Of a DNA stretch of 64,000 nt, positions 51,189 to 63,251 are shown in pieces (within the stretch, counting starts at the first letter, position 1; every line of letters starts with the position of its first letter). Origin of the DNA: Obrimoposthia wandeli (lineage: Eukaryota); contig CDROCS010000681.1 in assembly GCA_977020255.1 (NCBI GenBank), positions 744,001-808,000 on the forward strand, given 5' to 3'. The position numbers and the translations under genes are program-made. The notes under the pieces are model-generated. The model had not been told where the DNA came from and ran no database searches. It saw only the letters and a program-made list of their open reading frames with translations.

Positions 51189-52345
51189 AAATCAGATGAA
51201 ACTTTCTTGACTTCTGAAGCACAAAAACCTTTCCTCACTGTTCCTAAAACGTTCAATTTCACCCTCCGTGCACGCCTCAATCTCCTCCCACTCAATGCAC
51301 GTTACCGTTGGTATAGGGATGGGAAATCCGTCATGTGCCGACTTAACTGTGATGTTCCCGAAAGTATTGCTCACGTTCTTGGTTGGTGTCCCTTGTTTTC
51401 TTCCATCCGAACTGCACGCCACAACAATGTCCTTCATCACATCGCAGAAGGTATTAAAATCCTTTATGAAGGCGAATCCTTTGAACTTCGCCTTGACCGT
51501 ATCTCCACCACCCTGTCTTCCGCAACTATCGATCCCACTGATATTCATATCCTCAGACAACGTCCCGATATTCTTTGCATTAATCACACACGTAAATGTA
51601 TATCCATAATTGAGATTAAGGTTACAATTGATCGCTGCTTCAACTTTGATATTGTTCGCACTGAAGCTACCCAAAAATATGTCACTCTTGTAAATAATTA
51701 CCGTTCTTCCATGCCGCTTTATCAAACCTTCTTTGGAGTTTTTATTTCCGGGGCTCTTGGCTCCTTTGACAAGGAGGCTGAAAAAATCCTCAAATGGGTT
51801 GGCTTTCCCAGAGCTTCTATTTTTAAACTGTTTACTAATATAACGTTAAGCAATATTAATTACTCATGTCACATTTATTCATCTTTCTTAGGCCGAGTGA
51901 ACCATATCAACCCTATTCCTACTCATTTCCCGTGACTGTCTCCGGATGATGCCCTGCTTGCCGAACCCTCCTCCTAATCCACTCTTTCTGCTCATCACCC
52001 ACCACTGATGTCCTGTATACCGAACCCTTCTCCTAACCTGGCCATTCTCCATCAATCCTTTCTGCTCATCGCCCACCACTGATGTCCTGTTTGCAGAACA
52101 CTCCTCCTAACCGGCCACTCTCCATCAATTCTTCTGTTCATCGCCCACCATGGATGCTGCACACTTGCCTCTATCCGAACGTCCGACTTCTCAGTCATGT
52201 GCACCCAGTCAGCTGTGTCTCCAGCCCAGTCACAACTTCATCTCAAACTGTTCCCCTGTTTATAGTCAATATATGAGACTATTTTTTGTTGCCTGCGTGG
52301 CGTGCTCGATTCGGGAAAGCAAAGGCAGGCCGTCGTTATGAACTC
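51189..52345 (+). mobile_element. 5'-truncated R2/NeSL-type non-LTR retrotransposon (CCHC + REL endonuclease + 3' UTR)
   Basis: Uninterrupted 242-aa frame: RARLNLLP, CRLNC..PESIAHVLGWC...RHN, RPDI...IEIKV, QKYVTL, GALGSF. GC-rich 3' UTR. Different family from the 34-36 kb copy. Confidence 0.9.
51965..52160 (+). repeat. Three imperfect ~75-bp repeats in the retrotransposon 3' UTR
   Basis: CTCCTAA...TTCTG(C/T)TCATC(A/G)CCCACCA..GATG occurs three times. Confidence 0.8.
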
Positions 52346-54151
52346 ATTTTTTCAAAATGAGTTTATTTTAAAATACTATAAAAAACATAGACAAAATAAA
52401 AATAAAAAAAACTTTTAACTATGAAATCATTAACTAATTAAAAAGATGAATAAAACCTTTCCTCACTGTTCTTGTCATGTTGATGATAAGAAGGTATGCG
52501 GTCAATTTTTAAACTATTTAGATAAGATGTTCATAAAAAGAGTTAAAATACGCTTCATTTCATTTTCTTAAACCCCGAAAATAGGTCTGAAAAATCAGTT
52601 TTTGTTTCAAATATCACAGCTAAATAAGAGAAAAATGAAAAATGAAATTTGAATAAAATGATTGGAATGATTGAAAAAGATTATTTCGAAGAAAACAACA
52701 TTAAAAATTCTGAAGTTTGTGAAGTTTATCTATATAAAATCTAAAATATATTTGAAATCTATCCTCTGAAGCTATTGCTTGTTCTGGTTCCGATTGCTCA
52801 ACGTATTTATGCCTATTGTCTTTAAACGAATATAGATTTAGTTGTATATATATATAAATCATCCAATGTTTCCCTTTGACAAAGATCCCTTGATATTCTT
52901 AAAGACTTAATATTGCATAGTTTTGTATGTACAATTTATCAGTCAAAATGAAAGTATTTTAAAAAAGAAGTAAAGTTGAATCAGTGTTCAGTTTTTAGTC
53001 AAACTTACTATTAATAAATTATTGGAATAACTGAATTTTTAAGGATCGCACTTGGGATAATCTAAGGTATGCTTTTTGTAAATTATTTTCTAGTAGATCT
53101 GATTGGTCTAGTAGTCCCAATGACTTCTAACACATGAACCACGTTGGAATGTTTCTGTAAGTGGGTATTAATGTAAAGAAAATGTGTAAAAACGAGTCCA
53201 TGAAGTATGTGTTTGGCTGAGTTCTCAATTTTTTCAAATAAACATTTTTATATGGAAATTTAAATCTTATGATAATTGTTATTTTTGAACTTCTGAAAAG
53301 TTGGCTTATACTTTATATATTTTTTCTTCATTTGCATAATGTATTATTCATAATTGTATTGCAAAAAGTTTGAAACTAATTTGTTTGTAGTTTGAAATGT
53401 ATATTTCAAAAGTACAAGTCTAAAAGCATAAGAGTGATGAAACCTTTGAAAATATATAAGTACAGTTCAATCCCGAAAATATTATTGAAATAAAATTGGA
53501 GCTACATCAAGTCGTAATATATGTAACAGAATAAATTACTCGAGTCTGATATTTTTCAAGCAATTTTAGAAAACGTGAGATTGACATCTGACATGACCTC
53601 ACCTAATAAATTTGTATTGTTTATATTACACTAGAATGATTTCTTTTACTTTCCACAAACTCGTCTGAGTCAGCGTATTTCACTCTAAATTTCAATTATA
53701 AATATTTTTTGTGACATTCAAATTGCTGCAGTGAATATTTTAATTAAATTAAAATGCTTTTAATAATAAAACATATATAGGGGAATTTTTCTCAAATTAA
53801 ATGTCAACTTTAAGCTTTTAGTAAATGTATTTAAAGAAACGTTGTGAATAGATTATTAGCATTATAATGGAAAGAATATTTTTAATTATCAAAATATACA
53901 AATAAAATTTATATTAAAACTGATACAAAATTATTTTTTAAAGTTCTAAAGGAAAAATAAATTAATTTTAATAATGTTTTTAAAGTTGCTAGTCAATTAT
54001 TTAATATATTTATAATTTTCTTCACTTTATTAAAGGAATTTATTTTACATTGTAATTATTGAAATATGAAACTGGAAGTTTAGTGAGGTAACTGAAGAGA
54101 TAGAAAAATAAAAAAAATATTTTCATATCCTTAAACACTTTAAACTCAGCA

Positions 54152-54740
54152 ATGCAGTTAAAATGCTATATTAAGCTCGAAAACAACGATGATTATAAAC
54201 GAATCATGATTATAAACGAACCACCGTATATTGGGTGCCAACACCACGTGCTTGATTTGCTATTGAAACATGTGATGGATAAAGTAATTGAAGGCAAAAC
54301 ATCCTCACCTAATATCATGTACGCTTTTATAAATCAGTTAGTGAAAAACTATGTTACTGTAAAGTCTGAGTTTGAACAGAGCGACCTCAAGATCAAGATT
54401 GCGAATATTAAATGGAGAGACGATGTGCAATTTCTCTTGGAACTTGTACATTATTACCAGTAATACGATAAACATGGAGAATTTCCATTTGTGAATTTAA
54501 AATCACTGTCACACTTCAGCAATGCCAGGTATGCTATTTGTTAAGATAATTTGTTATGGCATGTTTTTTATCTACAAAAAACTTTCAGATGGAAATCTCG
54601 GGGGATATCAGCACTCCCTGCGTTAAATTTACTGCCGGAGTAAAAATATTATAAAAATGACCATTGTAAAAAGGTGTTTATTAACGTTAAACCTGCATAT
54701 GTGTTTGATTTGATAGATATTGTACTATACAGAGTAAAAT
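54152..54740 (+). pseudogene. CxxH-type (hAT/MULE/P-like) DNA transposase fragment with a 60-nt intron
   Basis: IGCQHHVLDLLLKH motif. GTATGC...TTTCAG at 54529-54588 splices to SNAR|WKSRGISAL. In-frame stops at 54461-54463 and later. Confidence 0.55.
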
Positions 54741-57700
54741 AGATTAAAAAAATAATAAAAAGACAATATATATATATTTTTAAAATTTATATTAAAAACT
54801 ATAACATTTGTTAATGCTTTGTGGAAATAATATTATTAAATAAGCTATAAGTTTTAAAATACATTTGAGATTTAGTAAAAACAAGTTTATTAACTAATAT
54901 TTAGTTAATTTACAATGATACCTCTAAATTGTTTATCTATTGTAATCAAAGATGAATGTATTATCCTATTATAATCTGATTAAAGTATGTTGCTTAATTT
55001 AACCAAAAAATGTGTGATTTTCAAATTTATTCAAAAAAATTTTCTTTTAAATAATTGTTTTATCTATGGTTTAGAAAAGCTTTCTTTAATCAAATATTTC
55101 AAAATATATTTAATGTGTTAATTTATAAATTATTGGAATTTACTCTATTTTAAGAAATTAAATTAGTATATGTCTGGGACATTTTAAAATGACTTAAAAT
55201 ACGTACGTTATTAAAATCTAATTATTTTAAAATTCATCTGTTGTTATAAAATAGTTTATTGTCATAAATATTATCTTAACCTGATATACAATAGTAATTG
55301 GATTTTGAATATTTATTCCGTGTATGATTATTTCGTAAAGTATTAGGTTATTAAACATGTAGCATATAATAAATATTTTAATACATCACTACATCAAACA
55401 ATGCGATAATATACTCATGGATAAATTAGGTAATATTTTTGCGATAAAGTTATTTTAATTCCATGAAAGTACTAGACCAGAGAAAAACAACCCAATAAGA
55501 GCTCGTAGTGAAACTCAACAGAATTCCCCATTATTCGACTCAGAATTCGGTCTGTGCTGAGACACACGGTTCTTTCATAAAAACCCCGTCAAAATAACCA
55601 TAAATTGCTGAAAATGACCGAAATTTCAAAATTTTGCCTTTGCTGATAGATACACGGTAAATCTAACCGTAAATCACTTTAAAATTGCCAAAATATCCTT
55701 AAAATTATTCTGAATTCTGTCTGAGCCAAAAGACACACGGTATTTTGAACCTAAATATCCTTGAAAATAGTCGAAAATTGACCGAATTTCACCGAAATTT
55801 CTACGAAATTTGTCGAAAACTTGTTTTTGTAAACGTGTTTGACTGTCTTTATTTATCATTATTATTTAAATTTCCTATTTAGTACATTATCAATAAAACT
55901 ATTTTCTCTATTAATTGTTATTCGACAATTCTCGTTATATATAATTTCTTAATTTTATGCAAAAGAATAAACAATTCTAAACATACATTTTTATTTTGAA
56001 AGAACAATACTTTAATAGACCAGTTACACATAAAATGTAGTTTAACTTTCAATGGGATCTATGTTTTCAAAAACATGTTTGAGTGAGCGTTAGTGAAAAC
56101 ATGAAAAGTTGAGTGACAATAAAATGGAATTTTTATTTTTTAAATACTAACAATAATATCAAAATATGAATTACAAAAAAATGTTTTATTCATAGTTTCT
56201 CATGCCGCCTGCGTTGCCTTTTTCAATAAGAAAAATAAACTATTTTATCATTATTTCCATAACCGTGAGAGTGATATTTTCTTTTTACTTTACTTTCTAA
56301 AGTTTGGCATTTAATCAGTCACATTTCAGAAATAATTTTAAAAGCGGAAAATATTATAACAATCCAACAAAAATAAAATCATTCAAAAATTCACACCATT
56401 TAAAATCCCAATGATTTTTATAAGTGTATTCAACGACAAAAAATCCAATTAAACTTGAGGCTCTAGTATCACAAATGAATTATCTTCTGATAGAAGATAA
56501 AGAAAAAATATATTATCGGATTGAATTTTTTTTCTAGGATAAATACAACATTTAGCCGCTGGCAAATCTGATATTTATTCAGCTTCGCTGGTTGTTGACG
56601 ATGAATGATGTAGTGTGAATCTGGGATTACTATTTTAATATAAGTTTGATTGTTTATGAGAAAATGTAGCCTGATTACAAATAGTCCAGAATTATTTTTG
56701 ATTGCTATAATCGTAATTGGAGTAAAAAATTAAATTTTGTGCCCTCTTCATTAATTAATTTTACCTAATTAATAACATGACTTCGCTGAAAACAAATCAA
56801 GAAGTCTGTACTACCAAATATCCAAAACTCTCTTCTTGTGTACTTCAAGTTAAGTATATGTATTGAAAATAAATATTTAATAAAACTTACAGCTTTATTT
56901 AGCCAAAAATAAAAATATTTCATTTAGTGTTATTATTATTGTGATTAATCTAATATTCATTTTCTGATCAACTTTCTTAGTTTCGAAAAAATTCAAACCT
57001 TTAAATAAATTATATACACATTATTTTTATTTTTTGTGTATTTTCTCCAATAATCTCTTTTATAAAATTTTAAGTTTTGACGATATACATTTTATTGACT
57101 GAAACTTTACATTTACTACAATCTTTCGATGAACTTGATGTTGATTAGATATAAAACGATTTGTCATAAACATTTTCATTTCGAGTCGCCTATAATTTAT
57201 TTAGCTATTGAATTCAAAAAAAGTTTGTTATTTTAAGAAATATGGACAGATTTATCTCAAACAACTGTAATGGACCTAGACCATTTTCATTCAGGAATTT
57301 CAATTTTTTCTCTTGTTGCAAAGTGTTGCAATTGCTTGTTTACGTATATCAGGGAAAAGACAAAATTTTCGGGATCCAGATCTGATATGTATGTATAAAT
57401 ATTATTGTTTTTTTCAAAAAACGTGATTTCATAGTCATTAAATCAAAATCAAGTTTTGTATCAGCATACATATTATATACGAAGTATAAATCATAAATAA
57501 GATTGGATCAAAAATCAAAACCTGAAGAACACAGCATGTCCAGTATTCAGGGTTTGATACAGTGCCATCAATTATAAAATATTGATTGAGAAAAAGTAAA
57601 TAACTTTTAATTCAATAATAAATAGATTTTTATTGTTCAAGAGTTCAAGCTGAGATAATTATGAAAATATTTTTTTAAAAATTAACATAAAAAATTCTTA

Positions 57701-58384
57701 TTTATATATGTTTTTTATTTTTATAATATATCCATTTGAAGCTAAAATAAACTTTCGTTATTGTATAAATATTTATACTATTGATTTATACTATTGATTT
57801 ACAATGTAAATTTATATAATTGATAAAAAAATCTCAAAATTACAACAACGGTGCTAATTAGATTTAAAAACAAATTCGTGAGAAGGATTCTCATAATTTC
57901 ATTATAATTCGTTGTTTCTTGACAACTGTGAAAGAGACATTGACTCTATATCTCAGCAAATCGATCATAAATCCATTTATTTTTCACCTCAAAGAATGAG
58001 TGATGACTGCATGCAATGATGGGTACTATATACATATATGTATATATACCCTACGGTTTGAATTTTATTCCGAAAACGTTTTATAGAAACGAAAATACAT
58101 TAATTTTTAATATTCCAGAAAAAATAATTGAAAGAATATAAAATAATCTATCAATTGAAATTTTAAACTTTCATTTCTAACATTTGCTGAATTCTGTGTA
58201 TCTTTATATTAAATTAAATATTTTAATGAATTTATACAAAAGTAGCAAAAGTAGCCTTTTCAATAAATAAAACATATCGTGGACAAAAAGACAAATATGA
58301 AGTGTACAATATGTTCAATGAATTTGTACAAAGTATCGAGATAGTGAAATTTAAATTTAAATCTTTCTCTTTGATGACAAAGAA

Positions 58385-58460
58385 TAGGTGGATGTGTCTA
58401 TTCTAATCCACCCCTTCCCCTTCGGGTGTACAACTGTCCTTTAAAACCGTGTATGTGTGT
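58385..58460. repeat. Dispersed ~80-bp hairpin repeat, copy 1
   Basis: TAGGTGGATGTGTC...TAATCCACCCC...ACTGTCCTTTAAAACCGTG matches 60825-60905. Confidence 0.75.
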
Positions 58461-58764
58461 GGAGTGAAATTTCGTGCGCGTGTGAAGCGAATTGAGTGCA
58501 TGTGTGTCCAGTCTAATCCCGCACCCCTTGGTGGAGGATGGGATACCTTCTTCCCTCTAATTTTTTATGTGTGTTACTTCAAGTGAAATTTCACATTAAA
58601 TCTCAAAAGTGATTGAAGAAGACTACAGAAATTCATATCACCCCATCGACTTATCGTAGACGAGATTTCAGATAATACTTTTATGGTAATATATGACTAC
58701 TAAAATAACATTTAATAACAGATTTTGGATGAATAAATTACAACATTAGGACAAAATATGTCGG

Positions 58765-58765
<1 letters not shown>

Positions 58766-58840
<75 letters not shown>
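58766..58840. repeat. (TA)n microsatellite
   Basis: Uninterrupted TA run of about 75 bp. Confidence 0.99.
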
Positions 58841-58844
<4 letters not shown>

Positions 58845-59699
58845 AATATGTTTCCCCTGCAACTTCTATTTCCTTTGTGACTTATAACAATAATGTTTGT
58901 GTTCTTGATAATGGTTATTATGTTTATGGATTTCTATTGATAGCGACGGTTGAATAAAGTAATTAGTAGCCTCGCTACAAAAATTTAAAAAGGTTAATTT
59001 AATTAAAAATTAAATGTTTGAAATAAATCAATAAAAATTGACTTAGACCTTTCTAACGCTCGTTGAAACTCCCAAACCAACAAACCACAACACCTAACAA
59101 TATAGATATATATATATAGGAAAAAAACAAGACAAAAACATTCATTTCAATAAATTTATTTTAAAAATCAAATTTAAAACACCATATAAGCTTCACTCCA
59201 AGTCCAAATAGGCTGCATATTCCTATCATCAGCATAATAACCATCGAGTCGTATTGAAATATTCCATAGTTTTTCATGAAAATCGGAGCAATCAAATAAC
59301 CTAGGTCATCTTTAAAAGCCAGACTGATATCAGTTTCAAGCTTGTCATATATATAAAATTCCAGAATATTTTTCAATTAATCAATATCAGAGGTTGATAA
59401 AAATTCAATTAGATAATTATTTTCCTCTTTTGATATTTTCACTGGATTCATAATACGTATAATTTGATGCCTATTTAATATATTACACGGTTTCCTTTTT
59501 TAAATTCTTTCCGGATAATAAAAATGTCCTACATATATCAGAAGAGTATTCATTCTGAAATAAAGAAACTGATTAAAAACCAATGTTTATAAAAATTTCT
59601 ATATTTAAATAAGATACAAATTTTATGAAAAACAAATAAAACTGATTACAATTTATGACATAGAAAATTTTAAAAAAATGGTATAAAACAAAATAAAGA

Positions 59700-60179
59700 A
59701 ATAGTTAAAACATAGGAATATGAACACGTTCAATTTTCCACATATGTAGCTTTGCTCCAATTTCATCCTTCTTGTAACGCTAAAGCCGAATTCCATTGCA
59801 TTATTTTTAGAAACGCAACAACATTTATTTCTCTTCCACATTCATCTAAAAATGCTGCATCAGCTCCTCGGATATAAAATTCGTTCTTATTGAATGTAAA
59901 ACTTGGAACTGCATTTTTAACTTTCTGTTTAAGATATTGAAAATCTGTTTTTTGAATATTTGATAGATAATAGTTAAACTTTCTTTTTTCAATTGTCACA
60001 GGATTTACTCAAGCAAGCAGTTGAACCTTCTTTTAGAATCTGACTTTGTATTTGAAATATTGATTCACTTCTTCATACATATTCCTATCCAAATCATCAA
60101 ACATTTTTAGATCTTCATATTCGCTTAATACCTGTTGGCTATCTTCAATCACTGATAATTGTCTGTGATATGAATACAT
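59700..60179 (-). pseudogene. Diverged copy of the unknown Polinton accessory gene
   Basis: YFKYKVRF...PVTIEKRKFNYYLSNIQKTD aligns with YFIYTINF...PVMLTKSKFDYVISRIHQND at 19160-19285. Frameshifted C-terminal FGFSVTR and GAKLHMWKIE correspond to IQGFKVDR and GRQKPIWRITE. Confidence 0.65.
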
Positions 60180-60439
60180 TTATTATGATTTGTTCTCCAA
60201 AGGCGCATTCTTTTATACTAATTTGTAACAAAGACACGAATCTCATTGGTTAATATAACTAAACCATTGAATTGAATTTGACTAAATCCATATTTAAAAT
60301 TGAAATTTATTGAAAGAAATATATTTGATTTTAATCATTTAATTATAATAGGTTTGCAATATATTTACAAGAAATGTGCAATAAGATGCCAAGCTCAGAC
60401 ATATATAAAGAAGAATTTACAGAAAACAATTTTAGTCTA

Positions 60440-60778
60440 AAGAAACTCATAAATATAAATTATAAAGGAAAAACTGAAGATGATATTTCGCACTTACCAT
60501 TCAATGTTTGGAAGCCGAGACCAAATGTGAAAAAGTTTGATGATTTCATAGTTGTTATTTTTCTTTCGGATGAGTTTTATTTTTTTTTATAATGAATTCT
60601 TTTAGGAAGTTGTCGTATTATGGGATGCAAAACACCATTGAATAAGTTCAATTTAGCAGTTGGAATTTATATCAGCGCCATACAATCAATCACAATTATT
60701 GCTAATCTCGGGAAAGTAATATTTTTTTATAAAATTGCAGAGAAAATGAAAGAAGAATCCATATTTAAGCCGGAACTC
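60440..60778 (+). pseudogene. Second TBP-like gene, 3'-truncated, with a 36-nt intron
   Basis: KLININYKGKTEDDISHLPF...FIVVIFLSG|SCRIMGCKTPL...IQSITIIANLGK...YKIAEKM...IFKPEL. Intron 60570-60605 (ATGAGT...TTTTAG, donor G>A) lies at the same codon as in the 18.7 kb copy. Confidence 0.8.
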
Positions 60779-60824
60779 AGAACTCATTAACTCAGGATAA
60801 TATATCTAACTGAGTATGCGCAAG

Positions 60825-60905
60825 TAGGTGGATGTGTCCGGTTTAATCCACCCCTCTTCCCTCGCTTCGGGGGGCTACCACTGTCCTTTAAAACCGTGCA
60901 TGTGG
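60825..60905. repeat. Dispersed ~80-bp hairpin repeat, copy 2
   Basis: Matches 58385-58460. Lies about 45 bp after the point where the TBP-like frame stops. Confidence 0.75.
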
Positions 60906-61756
60906 CCTGACGAGCAATACATATAAACAGGGTCGCGAAAAAAATTGCCTTATAAGTATTTATATCCAGATACACTCAAAAGGCTAGTTTTTCTTATATT
61001 ATACCCTCAAAATATGTACAGTCAAGAAAATATTACTATTTTAAATCCAAAGATAAACATGTATTCAATCATCAAAAAACTTAAGAAAATACTATAAATT
61101 TTCAAATAAATTATTTGAATAATACCTTCTCATTGGACGTTGAACTTAGGCAACAAAATCTTATCAAAATAGTATTATTTTAGTGTTGGGGTTTCTATAT
61201 GAAACTGTTTTTTATATAGATCCTCTGAATGGAGGGCCCCAACGTGAGTTCTATATAAGCAGGGCTTGTAGATGTTTGTGGCCTACTTAATGTTATGCTT
61301 GTCTGTCTCTATTCTTATCTGAAGGTTTGTTATTTCTAAATTTGAAGGGTCTATAACAACGCTATTTAGTTGTAGGATATCGTTTATTACTAAACACACT
61401 AATTTAAACACGTTCTAATTACGTTCTAAAAATGACAATACTATTCCTATGACTTTCACAAAGTCTCTAAACACGAATCTTCTCCACGAATCGATTTTAT
61501 TTTAAGGTTCTTTTTATACTCGAGTCTTTACTCTAAAAATATGGCTTATTTTAGAGAGCTTGTTGCTCTAAAAATATGGGCAAGTTAGTTAATTTAGTTT
61601 ATGCAGAGTAAACACTCTAAAATATGGCGATGTAGTGTACTGATTTTAGATAGGGTAACCTACTCCAAACTATCAATATAGTTTCTTATCGAATGTAGGT
61701 GAAATTTACTTCAACGACAGGTTAATTTTACTCGTTCAATTCGGGTTTTAACAATT

Positions 61757-62000
61757 CAATTCTAAAATTATCAATCCTTCTGTTACGGATTCAGTAAAAT
61801 CAATTCTAAAATTACGAATTCAGTAAAATCAATTCTAAAATTACGGATTCAGTAAAATCAATTCTAAAATTTATCAATCCTTCCGTTACGGATTCAGTAA
61901 AATCAATTCTAAAATTTATCAATCCTTCTGTTACGGATTCAGTAAAATCAATTCTAAAATTTATCAATCCTTCTGTTACGGATTCAGTACAATCAATTCT
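61757..62000. repeat. 45-bp tandem repeats with shortened variants
   Basis: ATTCTAAAATTTATCAATCCTTC(C/T)GTTACGGATTCAGTAAAATCA repeated; repeated again at 62947-63045. Confidence 0.92.
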
Positions 62001-63251
62001 AACTCTGTGTAACTTTTTTGACTCGATTTCTTTTCCTTTTCCCTTTTATACTGTCTCGATTTCTCTAAAACCAAAAAATCAATTATCACTTAATTCTAAG
62101 TGATTCTTACCTCGCGGAGTTGCGACGACTTAGCGGCTGGCTCTGTTCCAGCGTTCTCTGGTAGCGTCGCTAATGGATTGCGGAAGTTTGTCGCTGTCTT
62201 TAGTGGATGTTTTGTATAATAAATGATCTTGTAAAAATAATATATTTATACATATATTCAGTTTAATATATTGTAAGTTAATATTCTAATATTTCATTAC
62301 ATAAAAAGTCATTGATAGTTTACTATCGTTTACAATAAATTTACTTGTAAACAAATAATATATTTTTGTATATATTCAGTTTAATATGTTATAAGTTATT
62401 AGTTTAATATAATTTACAACAAAAACTTCAAGTAGTTTACTTATTAATCATAATTTTAATGTTTTGTATAATAAATGATCTTGAAAAAATAATATATTTA
62501 TACATATATTCAGTTTAATATATTGTAAGTTAATATTCTAATATTTCATTACATAAAAAGTCATTGATAGTTTACTATCGTTTACAATAAATTTACTTGT
62601 AAACAAATAATATATTTTTGTATATATTCAGTTTAATATGTTGTAAGTTATTACTTTTATATAATTTACAACAAAAACTTCGAGTAGTTTACTTATTAAT
62701 CATAATTTTAATGTTTTGTACAATAAATGTACTTGTAAACATAATATTTTTATGTATATATTCAGTTTAATATGTTGTAAGTTATTTGAACTTGTGTACT
62801 TGTACAAAATTTGTAGATAATTTATATAATTAAAAGTGATATAAAAGGTAATCATCAAATAATAAATAAATAAAAGTAGATAAATTAAATCTAATTTATG
62901 ATATTACAATGCTAAATTCTTCTTTAAAACCAATGTTTAACATAAAAATTCTAAAATTTATCAATCCTTCCGTTACGGATTCAGTAAAATCAATTCTAAA
63001 ATTTATCAATCCTTCTGTTACGGATTCAGTACAATCAATTCTAACTCTGTGTAACTTTTTTGACTCGATTTCTTTTCCTTTTCCCTTTTATACTGTCTCG
63101 ATTTCTCTAAAACCAAAAAATCAATTATCACTTAATTCTAAGTGATTCTTACCTCGCGGAGTTGCGACGACTTAGCGGCTGGCTCTGTTCCAGCGTTCTC
63201 TGGTAGCGTCGCTAATGGATTGCGGAAGTTTGTCGCTGTCTTTAGTGGATG
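61860..63251 (+). repeat. ~305-bp direct duplication flanking a 737-bp insertion
   Basis: 61860-62209 matches 62947-63251 apart from one extra 45-bp unit. The insert 62210-62946 has a 252-bp period (62211, 62463, 62715). Confidence 0.92.

Noticed and set aside
51192-51725. 177-aa minus-strand ORF and 51268-51609 plus-strand ORF
   Set aside because: Shadows of the REL endonuclease ORF.
52780-53230. Kinase-like or transposase-like peptide HSNVVHVLEV
   Set aside because: No further supporting motifs; many stops.
55560-55745. ACACGGT three times at ~85-90 bp spacing
   Set aside because: The intervening sequence does not align well and no TIR pair or TSD was found.
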